From a virus, in IMG/VR virus record IMGVR_UViG_3300007516_000002: a stretch of 57,400 nucleotides of DNA. One strand, written 5' to 3'. Positions 40,755 to 49,507 of this stretch are shown piece by piece (positions within the stretch are counted from its first letter, which is position 1; each line of letters starts with the position of its first letter). The translations under genes and the position numbers were made by a program. The notes under the pieces are model-generated. The model was not told the origin of the DNA and did no database searches. It saw only the letters and a list, made by a program, of their open reading frames with translations.

Positions 40755-42745
40755 TCAGCGTCTCCCCAGTTATCGCCCATGGACAAGTCCATTCTAACCG
40801 GAACACGCATACTCGGAATTGCGTTTTCCATGACTCTTTTAAACTCTGTCCAGTGCGATCCTCTGCAGCTATCATCAACTTCAAAGTCAAGCTCATCGTG
40901 CACAGTGAGAAGCGGAATCCCGCAGGCATCTTCAGCAAATAATCCTGCCTCATACGCGTCAACCATGGCTTTTTTCATAGCATCAGCTGCACCGCCCTGG
41001 AGTTTTCGATTAAGCGCTTTATGCAGCATCGCGCGCTCAATGTTAAAGGATCCCCACTTCGCGCAGGCTGCGTCATGGCTAAGAGCGGTTCTTTTCGGAT
41101 CGTAAGTTTTCGAAGACCAGCTATCAAAGTCTGACCTGCGCCCAAGGATAGTTTCTACGTAGCCAAGCTCGCGGACTTCGTCTGCAGCTGCATCCATGGT
41201 CGCTTTGGCAAAGGGAGCTGCCGCATGGTACTTGATAAACAGCGCCTTACCATCAGCCTTTGATAATCCAAGGTTGGCCACAAGTTTAGGTTCCTGCATT
41301 CCATATATAAGTCCGAAGTTGATACCCTTGATTTCCTTTCTTGGTAGTAGCAGACCTGTTAGATTTTGAACAAGCTCGATAGTTAGGTCGTGGTAGTCTG
41401 TATCCGGATCAGAGTTGTACGAAAGTCTAAGCTCCTCTGCTCCTGGACCGACTGCGTGGTGCGCCAGCATCCTATACTCGATCTGGCTGAAATCCCACTT
41501 CGCCCACTTCTTTCCCTTTTGCGCTACAAACGCGCGACGGACTCGCCTACCCATTTCTGTTCGAATTGGGATGTTCTGTAAGTTAGGATCAGAACTTGAA
41601 AGTCGCCCGGATCGCGTACCGTTCTTTTCGCCTTTAAGTGGATGAAACGTGCAGTGTACGCGCCCGTTTACGTTCTTGTCGATTATATAAGACTTAATGA
41701 ACGTGTCGCGCACCTTGGCAGTTTGCCGGTACTCGAGTATCTTATCGCACAGCGGATGTGCAATCTTCTCAAGAAGTGGCGCGGCAAAAGAAACCTTTGT
41801 GCCGCCGTTCTTTTTGTCGACCACCAGGGGAACAGGAATCCCCAGTCGCACAAAAGCGGCGTGTATGCTTTCGCCGGCGTTCGGATTAACATCGGAACCG
41901 GTGATAGCACGTAGTTCAGCACCGATTCTAAGTAAATCCACACCGAGCTCATCGTATATCTGATCCGCCATGTCAACATCAGCAGGCGCACCCTTCATAC
42001 GCATGTCAACAAGAAGCGGAATAAGTCGGCATTCCAGATGAAAAAGATCAAGCACACCGCGGTTCGAAAGACGCGCCCACTGCGCCTCCATTATCTTAAT
42101 CGGAAGTGCTGCGTCGGCTTCGGCGTACGGTCCCACCAAGGACGGCGGTGCGCGCCACAGGCTCGCCCGCTGGCGGCCGTCAGGCTTTCCTCCCAACCAG
42201 GCTGCCAGCCACGCGTAGACCCCCGCTGTGGCCTTCCCCACGCCCAGGTAGCGATTCGCTAAACCATCCAAACTGACGTCCGGAGTTTCCGAGTTGAGCA
42301 GTGCCTCAGCAAACTGTACATCGTAAAGCATGCCGCCGACATTAACTCCCTCGTGGCGCAGCCATCCGACGTCGTAGATCAAGTTAGCGCCAATCTTCGG
42401 CCTGCTGTCTGCGAGAACGTGCTGGCAGTATCGAAGAACCTGATCTGGATCCATGTTGGTCTCGGGCTGCGTCTCGTGGCGCATCGGGAAGTACCAGCTG
42501 GTTCTGTCTGCCACAGCCAAAGACACTCCAATCACGTGCCCAGCGTTTCTTCCCCATCCTGGACCGGCAGACGTAAGCTCGAGATCTTTTGTCTCAGTGT
42601 CGAGTCCGATGACCTTGGCGGAGGACAAGTTCGGGAACTCCGGTGCACGCCATGAGCTTGCCGGAATCGGAGGCATCTCCCTCTGAGCTAAAGATGCACG
42701 AGTTGTTTTGTGCGGAGGCGCGACGTCCTCCCAAAACAAACCCAT
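40751..42745 (-). CDS. DNA polymerase, family A, with a 3'-5' exonuclease domain
   Basis: IGLDTETKDL (Exo I), DFSQIEYRMLAH (motif A), KGINFGLIYGM (motif B), LTVHDELDFEV (motif C). ATG 42745 overlaps the clamp-gene stop. Confidence 0.9.
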   Translation of the reverse strand: MGLFWEDVAPPHKTTRASLAQREMPPIPASSWRAPEFPNLSSAKVIGLDTETKDLELTSAGPGWGRNAGHVIGVSLAVADRTSWYFPMRHETQPETNMDPDQVLRYCQHVLADSRPKIGANLIYDVGWLRHEGVNVGGMLYDVQFAEALLNSETPDVSLDGLANRYLGVGKATAGVYAWLAAWLGGKPDGRQRASLWRAPPSLVGPYAEADAALPIKIMEAQWARLSNRGVLDLFHLECRLIPLLVDMRMKGAPADVDMADQIYDELGVDLLRIGAELRAITGSDVNPNAGESIHAAFVRLGIPVPLVVDKKNGGTKVSFAAPLLEKIAHPLCDKILEYRQTAKVRDTFIKSYIIDKNVNGRVHCTFHPLKGEKNGTRSGRLSSSDPNLQNIPIRTEMGRRVRRAFVAQKGKKWAKWDFSQIEYRMLAHHAVGPGAEELRLSYNSDPDTDYHDLTIELVQNLTGLLLPRKEIKGINFGLIYGMQEPKLVANLGLSKADGKALFIKYHAAAPFAKATMDAAADEVRELGYVETILGRRSDFDSWSSKTYDPKRTALSHDAACAKWGSFNIERAMLHKALNRKLQGGAADAMKKAMVDAYEAGLFAEDACGIPLLTVHDELDFEVDDSCRGSHWTEFKRVMENAIPSMRVPVRMDLSMGDNWGDAD

Positions 42746-43707
42746 CACGATGTTAGGCCAATAATCACACCCCGACAATTTGCACCGCGAAAGCTCGATG
42801 GCTTTGGGTACGCTGCAAAATCAATTTCTTCCGCGAAATCACGAAGTAGGAATAGGTTTTTGCCGTTAAAAACTGGCCCTTCGCGGAGCCCTTCAACCAA
42901 GCATTCGGCACCAGTAAAGTTGTCGCCAGTCGTTAATCTGCCATCCTTGAAATATACGGCTGAGCTATTTGCCGGAGTAAACGGCATAATCATTTCAAGT
43001 ACGTCAAACAGATTAAACGGAACAGGTGCCATCTCGTTTGAAACTGGTGCGTCAAGAATACGATTGACATGCGCGCTGGGCCATGTTTCCGAAGATCTCT
43101 GCGTACGCAGCCATCTACCATCAGAGTAGTGAAATGTTACGCTCGACCCGGATACCTGAACGTGCGTAGGGTCTTCTCCAATCCTGACCACCTCTTGTGC
43201 TGCGTCACGAATGATATCAAACGGCGGTGTTTCGAAGCCGACCCAGCTCTGAAGTACAACAGCGTTATTGGTCACTGTAAGGCACCCGTTTTCAGCTTGA
43301 ATAACACCCGCCCAGGCTGCAGCATTGCCCTTTGGCACCACGGGAAAGACTTGTCTGCATGCGTTGGTAAATCCACCGGGGAGTGGAAATGTATCGCCCT
43401 CGGGGACAGCGTTGTACATCGCAGACTGCGCCAAGCAAGGTACGTGCGCGGAAAATCCACCCGATTTGACGTGAAGAATCCCGTTGTCGGCCAGCGTTAA
43501 TGAAATGTCATCGCCACATGACTGTATAGTCTTGTGGAATATCTCAGCCTTTGGGCTGACCTCAAAGTCAACGTCAATTGGACTGCTGATCGCGATTACA
43601 CCGTTGAAACTTGTTATACGGCCTCCGCTGATCTGGTAGTACGCCATTTCAGGAGACGTTCCATTTTCTTTGACCGCCCCTTTGGTAAAACGAAGTGCGC
43701 TGCGCAT
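42745..43707 (-). CDS. DnaN-like sliding clamp (putative, 320 aa)
   Basis: Three-fold repetitive beta-rich pattern. ...LRTQRSSETWPSAHVNRILD resembles the clamp ..LIDGxFPDYxxVIP segment. Coupled to polA. Confidence 0.45.
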   Translation of the reverse strand: MRSALRFTKGAVKENGTSPEMAYYQISGGRITSFNGVIAISSPIDVDFEVSPKAEIFHKTIQSCGDDISLTLADNGILHVKSGGFSAHVPCLAQSAMYNAVPEGDTFPLPGGFTNACRQVFPVVPKGNAAAWAGVIQAENGCLTVTNNAVVLQSWVGFETPPFDIIRDAAQEVVRIGEDPTHVQVSGSSVTFHYSDGRWLRTQRSSETWPSAHVNRILDAPVSNEMAPVPFNLFDVLEMIMPFTPANSSAVYFKDGRLTTGDNFTGAECLVEGLREGPVFNGKNLFLLRDFAEEIDFAAYPKPSSFRGANCRGVIIGLTS

Positions 43708-43740
43708 TATGGTCTGTCCTCTGGCTGCTACAATTGACTA

Positions 43741-43769
43741 CCTATACGACGCGTGCAAGTAATGGTCAA
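43741..43769 (-). promoter_or_regulatory. Promoter for the clamp-polymerase unit (TTGACC-N17-TATAGG)
   Basis: The rc of 43764-43769 is TTGACC and the rc of 43741-43746 is TATAGG. Confidence 0.45.
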
Positions 43770-43776
43770 GACAAAG

Positions 43777-43811
43777 AATGCGGGCGCTCAGTTGACCTGA
43801 ACGCCCGCATT
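43777..43811 (-). terminator. Intrinsic terminator after gene 43839..44393
   Basis: AATGCGGGCG-15 nt-CGCCCGCATT, followed on the minus strand by CTTTGTCTT. Confidence 0.6.
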
Positions 43812-43838
43812 AGCACTCGCCGCGCTTTCAACGAAGAA

Positions 43839-44393
43839 TCAGCCGATGGTCCCGAGGTTGAAATTGTCAGGCAGCTTGTTCCAGTTCACGGCCGCGCGGG
43901 CTTCCTCTGCTGCGCGAAGCGCGCTCGCTTCAGCGACGGTCTTTTCGACATCTTTGGCTACCTTGGCAGCTGCCTTTTCAGCAACCTTGGCCGCCTTGGC
44001 AGCTTCCTTCTCAACAACCTTGGCGGCAGTCTTGGCTGCGCGATCACCGGCCTTCGGATCCAGGTTGACACGCAGTGCTTTTCGCATTTCCTTGGTCACA
44101 CCATAGAACGTGCACCAACGTGTGTACTGCGCGCCGATGGTGCCCTGCCCGATTTCAAGACCGTCGGCCTCGATCTTTGCGATCACTTCGTTGAGCAGTG
44201 CTGGACGCTGGTTTGCCTGCGAAATCGCGCTGGCCACTTCCCAAATCTGAGCTGCCTTTTCCGCAGTCGGAGGCGTCACGACAGCAACTTTCTTGGGCAC
44301 ATCCGGCGCAGATGCTGCTGGAACGACCGCCGGAGACGCCTGCGGCGATTCCTGCGACAGGTCAAAAGAAATGGGATTTTCGTTTTCGGTCAT
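43839..44393 (-). CDS. Hypothetical protein with a Lys/Ala-rich histone-H1-like C-terminal half (possible DNA-binding protein)
   Basis: AAKTAAKVVEKEAAKAAKVAEKAAAKVAKDVEK. Confidence 0.55.
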   Translation of the reverse strand: MTENENPISFDLSQESPQASPAVVPAASAPDVPKKVAVVTPPTAEKAAQIWEVASAISQANQRPALLNEVIAKIEADGLEIGQGTIGAQYTRWCTFYGVTKEMRKALRVNLDPKAGDRAAKTAAKVVEKEAAKAAKVAEKAAAKVAKDVEKTVAEASALRAAEEARAAVNWNKLPDNFNLGTIG

Positions 44394-44491
44394 TACAAGC
44401 TCCTACGCTTTTATGGCTAAAGTAAGCACGATGCGTGTCGTTTAACATATGGAACCAAACTGGTCAACAGAAAACAGCACATCACCGCAGA

Positions 44492-44686
44492 TTAAAACGG
44501 GGGTGCCTCCGTGTACTCGCCGCAGCTTGTGGCGATAACACGCGCGGGCGGTCTTCCGCCGTTCGCCTTTTCGCAGCCTTCCGTGACCTCCGTAAAATAC
44601 GCACAGCTTACGCACGACCTGTGCAGCTGCGCGCGTTGTAAAAGCGAAAAAATGGCGTTCTGCACTTCGTTTTCGTCCTGGTTCAC
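44492..44686 (-). CDS. Small Cys-rich protein (64 aa) ending ...EYTEAPPF
   Basis: TAGGAGA lies 6 nt before GTG 44686, directly after the helicase stop. Confidence 0.5.
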   Translation of the reverse strand: MNQDENEVQNAIFSLLQRAQLHRSCVSCAYFTEVTEGCEKANGGRPPARVIATSCGEYTEAPPF

Positions 44687-44696
44687 ACTGAGTCTC

Positions 44697-46538
44697 CTAA
44701 AATGGGATGTCGTCATCGGTGTAGTCGTTCGACAAGCCCATTGCGGCTAGAGCTTGCTCCCTACTACGAGTTGGCTCTGCCACTATAATGGGACGATACT
44801 TCTCAGGATCCTGCAACGGCGGACCCCCGGCGGATGGCGGAAGCTCAAACCGCGTGCCCTCGAAGTCGTACGCAATCACGTCCGGCGGCTGAGAGCTAAT
44901 CAAAACCTTGATGAACTTCGGTCGCCGCATATCTTTTGCGGCCTCCAACGCTGATAGCACATCGACAGGTGGTGGCGCAAATGCCTCGTGCTTGCGCCAC
45001 CACCTGACTGCATACTTATACGCAAACGAGTCGTGATCAGCGTCGAAGCTGATGAAGCTGCTTACCCGGCGGGAGTTTGACGTGTAGTCAACACGCAGCG
45101 TGTCAGCCTTGCCCTTCTTGCCAAGATTTCGCGAGTACGCAATGAGCGAGACGTCCATCACCTCAAACTCTTTCGGCGGCGGCTGCAGGTTAAGATCGAT
45201 GCGCTCTTCCCTTGTGGCGACGATATTTACCTCGCTGGGCTTGGCGTGTATCTTTTCCTTAATCGGAAATACAAAGCCGCATTCCTCGCAGCAACGCTTG
45301 CTGATGTGGTTGTACGTATTACAATCAGGACAAAGTCGCACAGGAGCATCCCCACCCCCCTTTCCCTTCTTTCTGGGAAGATTAGGATAGTTGATGGGAC
45401 CGAGACGTTCTGTGTTGCCAGTAAAGTCGAGCACAGTGGTGGATTTCTTAATGCTGGCTGCAATAGCTGCGAGACGCCCGGCCTTGGTATTAATATCGTA
45501 GCCATCAGCGAATAGTGGACGCGTACCGCGACCGATCATCTGCACGTGGAGTCCAGGGGATCTGGTAAGACGCAGCATGCATATCAGGTCGATGCTATGT
45601 TGGTCAAAACCTGTTGTCAACTTTCCCATGTTACAAACCGCACGGAGCTCGCCGCTCTTAAATCGGGCAAGAACGTCGTCTCCGTCATTTCTCTCGCTGT
45701 GGACAGCCTCAGCGGGATATCCTTTTACAGTCATCATGTCGGCCACCAGCTCAGTATGCTCGATTGACTGGTTAAACACCAGCCATGAACGCCGCCCCTC
45801 TGCCTCCGCGACAGCAATTGTTTTGTCGACTGCGCGCTCAAGGATGCCTTGACTAATCATTTCATCCGCTGCGTCTCGTGCGTCAAATTCACCAGCTACA
45901 ATCTTAACTTTGTCCGCGTCAAGCTCAAATCCAGGGAACCTTGGTACTGGCCGAATCAGGTACCCGTTGTCGATCATCCAGACAAAAGCTTCGCCATCGC
46001 TCATATCAAACGCGATGGAGTCAAACAGCTTTCCGTCGGTCAGGGATCCTGATCCAGTTCTGAATGGCGTGGCTGTAAATCCGATAACCACCAGGTTTGG
46101 ATTAGCGAGACGAAGTCCAGCGATAAACTTTCCGTACGAGGAGTTATCCTTGTCGCTGATTAAGTGCGCCTCGTCCACCAGAAGGAAGTCGATGTGGCCA
46201 AAAGACTGCGGCCGCTTGGCAACGGAGGCGATGCCGACAAACGTCACTTGCGCGTGAACGTCTCTTCGCTTGAGTCCAGCACTGAAAATACCAGCTGGTG
46301 CCATGGGAAAGACTTTGATCAATGTGTTGTAGTTATTTTCAATCAGCTCCTTGACATGTGTGGCCATCACGATTCGCGTCTTCGGGTACGTGGCCACCAT
46401 CTGCCAAATGAACATAGCCAGCAGCAAGCTTTTGCCTCCGCCTGTTGGAATTACGATCAGCGGATTGTCATGCAGTTTCTGGTGCACGTGACTCCAGAGT
46501 GCCTCTGCGGATGCGATCTGGTAGTCTCGCGGCTGCAT
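44697..46538 (-). CDS. SF2 (DEAH) DNA helicase with an internal zinc ribbon and an SSB-like C-terminal tip ...DYTDDDIPF
   Basis: PTGGGKS (Walker A), LLVDEAHLIS (DEAH), TATPFR, QMIGRGTR (motif VI), CPDC..CCEEC. The C-terminus is read directly. Confidence 0.85.
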   Translation of the reverse strand: MQPRDYQIASAEALWSHVHQKLHDNPLIVIPTGGGKSLLLAMFIWQMVATYPKTRIVMATHVKELIENNYNTLIKVFPMAPAGIFSAGLKRRDVHAQVTFVGIASVAKRPQSFGHIDFLLVDEAHLISDKDNSSYGKFIAGLRLANPNLVVIGFTATPFRTGSGSLTDGKLFDSIAFDMSDGEAFVWMIDNGYLIRPVPRFPGFELDADKVKIVAGEFDARDAADEMISQGILERAVDKTIAVAEAEGRRSWLVFNQSIEHTELVADMMTVKGYPAEAVHSERNDGDDVLARFKSGELRAVCNMGKLTTGFDQHSIDLICMLRLTRSPGLHVQMIGRGTRPLFADGYDINTKAGRLAAIAASIKKSTTVLDFTGNTERLGPINYPNLPRKKGKGGGDAPVRLCPDCNTYNHISKRCCEECGFVFPIKEKIHAKPSEVNIVATREERIDLNLQPPPKEFEVMDVSLIAYSRNLGKKGKADTLRVDYTSNSRRVSSFISFDADHDSFAYKYAVRWWRKHEAFAPPPVDVLSALEAAKDMRRPKFIKVLISSQPPDVIAYDFEGTRFELPPSAGGPPLQDPEKYRPIIVAEPTRSREQALAAMGLSNDYTDDDIPF

Positions 46539-47236
46539 CAGGTCACAACCTGGAAGAGTTTCTCGACGCGCTTAGTGGCGTTTCCCTTGTTAACCCGCGT
46601 GCTGTGCTCTATCCGTAAGACCTCCTTTACGTCGGGAGGTGCGTTATATTCGCTGACAAAGACAGTATGCCCTTCCGCAACACGCTCGCGACACCACTTC
46701 CAGAATTGAAGCGAATTGAACGACTTGTCGCTGTACCCAACGGTTCCTGCGTATGGCGGATCGCAGTAAATCAGACTTGGCGTGTTTGCCGAGATTGGCA
46801 TGTCCGAGTAGGACATGCACGTGAAGTGAACACCCTCAAGCTTCTTTCCCTGCTTAACAATTGAACGCGACGGACCGCCCGCGCAGTTTGTGCCATTTGG
46901 CGGTCTCGCGTAGCTGCCCCAGTACGTGGCTCCGAAGCTGCATTGAACGGAAACAAAACCCACAACAGCCGGATGGTAGAGGCTTTGGTTGTTCCGCACG
47001 TGGTTGTACTGCGCCTCGGACACGTAGTCCGGAGGCACCCATCCATCTCGCGCAGCAGTCAGCAGCGCCAGCTGGTTGAAGCTCAAATCGTTGCCCCACC
47101 TCTGGTTTTCCACATGCTCAATCATGTTTCCGCCACCCACGAATGGCTCTATCCAAGGCTGTCCTGGCTTTCGCGCAGCCAGCATAAGCGGAAGGATGTG
47201 TTTGACCATAGCACGCTTGCTGCCCATGTACTTCAT
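46538..47236 (-). CDS. DNA adenine methyltransferase (Dam/D12 class)
   Basis: KYMGSKR, EPFVGGG (motif I), IYCDPPY (motif IV). Start taken at MKYMGSK (47236) after AGGAAAG. Confidence 0.85.
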   Translation of the reverse strand: MKYMGSKRAMVKHILPLMLAARKPGQPWIEPFVGGGNMIEHVENQRWGNDLSFNQLALLTAARDGWVPPDYVSEAQYNHVRNNQSLYHPAVVGFVSVQCSFGATYWGSYARPPNGTNCAGGPSRSIVKQGKKLEGVHFTCMSYSDMPISANTPSLIYCDPPYAGTVGYSDKSFNSLQFWKWCRERVAEGHTVFVSEYNAPPDVKEVLRIEHSTRVNKGNATKRVEKLFQVVT

Positions 47237-47258
47237 CTGTGCACTTTCCTGCTGCTGC

Positions 47259-47510
47259 CTACGCTTTGATATCTGTATCCGATCGAAAAGGGAAGCAAAG
47301 ACTTCGGAGAAGATCTTCGCTGGGCGCTTCATCAAATTCGACATCGACACTTTCGTATGGATCTGCTGTCGGAAGGTCTGCCACCAACCTTATCCTTCCG
47401 GGAATCGTGGCGTGCATAGAGTAGTCGTCGAACTCTGTAAATCCCCCACTCGCAAGAATGGAGGCTTCAAGTTTAGCAAAGTCCGCGTGAACAAACCGAT
47501 TGATCTTCAT
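47259..47510 (-). CDS. Hypothetical protein (83 aa)
   Basis: Coupled ORF. Confidence 0.5.
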   Translation of the reverse strand: MKINRFVHADFAKLEASILASGGFTEFDDYSMHATIPGRIRLVADLPTADPYESVDVEFDEAPSEDLLRSLCFPFRSDTDIKA

Positions 47511-47692
47511 GCTGCTGCCTCCATGACCTGTGCGTGCGTCCAGATCCGCTGAGTGCCGTTGTCAGCCACCTTATAGCCGCGCGTTCCGCTGGCCATCGGG
47601 AGATCGCTGTCCCCAGGAATCACCGTGGTGCCAGTGATCTGAATGAATCGGAAGTTCAGCTTCGCAAGTGTGGCTTTTGAAAAGTCCCGCAT
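47507..47692 (-). CDS. Hypothetical protein (61 aa; longer alternative start 47722)
   Basis: GGAGG lies 8 nt before ATG 47692. Confidence 0.5.
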   Translation of the reverse strand: MRDFSKATLAKLNFRFIQITGTTVIPGDSDLPMASGTRGYKVADNGTQRIWTHAQVMEAAA

Positions 47693-47777
47693 CGTCTCGC
47701 CCTCCAGGCTGCGCTCGACCATCGAGTCGCTGTAAGCTCAGTGGTACCCATATTGATGTTGATGGTCAACATTAATC

Positions 47778-48551
47778 TCACCGCCAAACCGTATCGTCGC
47801 CCCACCATCTCTCCATAACGCGGCAGTAAAGAAGCTGCGCAATCTGAAAAACAACTGGCACCACTACGCCATTTCCTATTTGCGTAAGGCGGTGTGCCCG
47901 ATCGGCCATCCCATCATCCACTCTGCGAAGGAGGGGTCTAGGCCAACCGGTTCCTGGTACAAAAGGGCTGTCGGCGATAGACTGCAAATCCGCTTGCCCG
48001 CACCAGTTCCATTGTCGAGATTCGCAAGGACGAAAGGCCTCGACCAGTCCTTGCCCTCCCGCGCACTTACGGTAGGCAATAATGTAGATGCGCTCGCGTT
48101 TATGGGGAGCACCAATGGCGGAAGCAGGCAGAGTGTACCATTCCGCATCATACCCTGCTTCGGAAAGCCCGTGTAGGACAACGTCGAGACCCCTATCTTT
48201 AAGAGCAGCCACGTTCTCGATTAGAACGCCGCGCGGATTTGTCTGCTGTATAGCACACAGCATTCGAAACCACAACCCGGATCGCGCGCCGGAAAGTCCA
48301 GCCCCCGTACCGGCCACACTCAAATCCTGGCATGGAAATCCTCCGGAGACAATGTCCGCTGCGGGGAAAGCGCATATCTTTGTGATATCGCCAAGGTTAG
48401 GAATGCTCGGAAAACGTCTTTTCAGCGTAGCTGCTGCGTGTTTGTTGATTTCAGAAAACGCGATTGTCCGGAACGTACCCGTTCTTTCCATCGCCATGTG
48501 AACGCCACCAGCGCCGGAAAAAAGGTCCAGCACGGACAGTATCTTTGTCAC
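47778..48551 (-). CDS. DNA cytosine-5 methyltransferase (compact, 257 aa)
   Basis: DLFSGAGG (I), GFPCQDLS (IV), ENV (VI), HKRERIYI (VIII), GNGVVVPV (X). Confidence 0.9.
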   Translation of the reverse strand: MTKILSVLDLFSGAGGVHMAMERTGTFRTIAFSEINKHAAATLKRRFPSIPNLGDITKICAFPAADIVSGGFPCQDLSVAGTGAGLSGARSGLWFRMLCAIQQTNPRGVLIENVAALKDRGLDVVLHGLSEAGYDAEWYTLPASAIGAPHKRERIYIIAYRKCAGGQGLVEAFRPCESRQWNWCGQADLQSIADSPFVPGTGWPRPLLRRVDDGMADRAHRLTQIGNGVVVPVVFQIAQLLYCRVMERWWGDDTVWR

Positions 48552-49504
48552 TTAATCGGATCCCATCCCGCGCATCCCTTGGGGATGAAGTCGTCCGGAA
48601 GGATGCTGTTGAATTTGTTGCAATGCCATTTACCGTCGTCAGCTGTCTCCGCAAACGTACAAGATCGGCAGTTCTTTTCAGGGCTGGTTTGGTAGTGGCA
48701 GATCTCGCGGAACGCGCAAAACTTGCACTCGAACCAGCTGGGATCATCTGTGATCCGCATCGGAGGCAATCGCGACTCCACCACCTTCTTGGCGTTGTCG
48801 ATGTGGTATAGCGCCACCTCTTTCTTGTAGTGGACAATCTCTGCGTAGAGCTCGTCGTCGTTTTTATTGACAGCTATGTACAGCGTCCAGTTCAATCCAA
48901 AGTAATGCATGTAAATCTGCATCTGAACGTAGTGGACAGGCTTGCTTGTCAGCACGCCGCCCTTGACCAAACTCTTGAACGACTTGTCCGAGTGCGTCTT
49001 TTCCTCCAGCCCACCCCATCCTTCGGGGAGTCCGGGACCGCGGATCATGCCGTCGCTGGATCCAGCGAAGTGCCCCCGATGATCTTTGAAGCCCCACTGC
49101 TTCGGACCTTTGCCAGCATCAGCGGCAAGTGCGATGTGCGCAGCGTCGTTGCTGACGTCAGTGTAGTGTACTGGTACATCTTCGTGCCAAGGAACACACC
49201 TGTACAGGTAGTCGGATCCCGCGTCCGCTTGCGTGGGCGAGTAGCAGAGACGTTCCGAATAATCCAGCACTTCGAAACCGGCCGCGCGGAGATACCGATT
49301 AAAGCGGAACTCCTCCTCGTGGCCGCGATCAAAAAGACGCCGGACTCGACCTAGGTGGTTTTCCTCGTATGCCCAGCGAAATCCATACCAAGCTTGGCGA
49401 AGGCATCGACCACCAATGGAGCTGGCACCAAGATGGCCGCGACGTTTTTCACCAACGGTTTCTCTACGCGCTTTGTCGATGGCGGCTACAATGGCACTGC
49501 CCAA
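48548..49504 (-). CDS. PD-(D/E)xK exonuclease, Cas4/RecB-like, with a Cys cluster
   Basis: GASSIGGRCLRQAWYGFRW at the N-terminus and CKFCAFREIC (CxxCx5C) near the C-terminus, plus an extra CRSC..HC. Confidence 0.65.
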   Translation of the reverse strand: MGSAIVAAIDKARRETVGEKRRGHLGASSIGGRCLRQAWYGFRWAYEENHLGRVRRLFDRGHEEEFRFNRYLRAAGFEVLDYSERLCYSPTQADAGSDYLYRCVPWHEDVPVHYTDVSNDAAHIALAADAGKGPKQWGFKDHRGHFAGSSDGMIRGPGLPEGWGGLEEKTHSDKSFKSLVKGGVLTSKPVHYVQMQIYMHYFGLNWTLYIAVNKNDDELYAEIVHYKKEVALYHIDNAKKVVESRLPPMRITDDPSWFECKFCAFREICHYQTSPEKNCRSCTFAETADDGKWHCNKFNSILPDDFIPKGCAGWDPIK

Positions 49505-49507
49505 TTG

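Noticed and set aside
39819-41105. Long + strand ORF (428 aa).
   Set aside because: It is antisense to minus-strand genes (39527..39856, 39853..40044, 40041..40364, the Lar-like gene and the 3' end of polA) that show RBSs or ATGA couplings and recognisable motifs. Its translation is Arg/Ser/Ala-rich low complexity, typical of GC-rich antisense frames.
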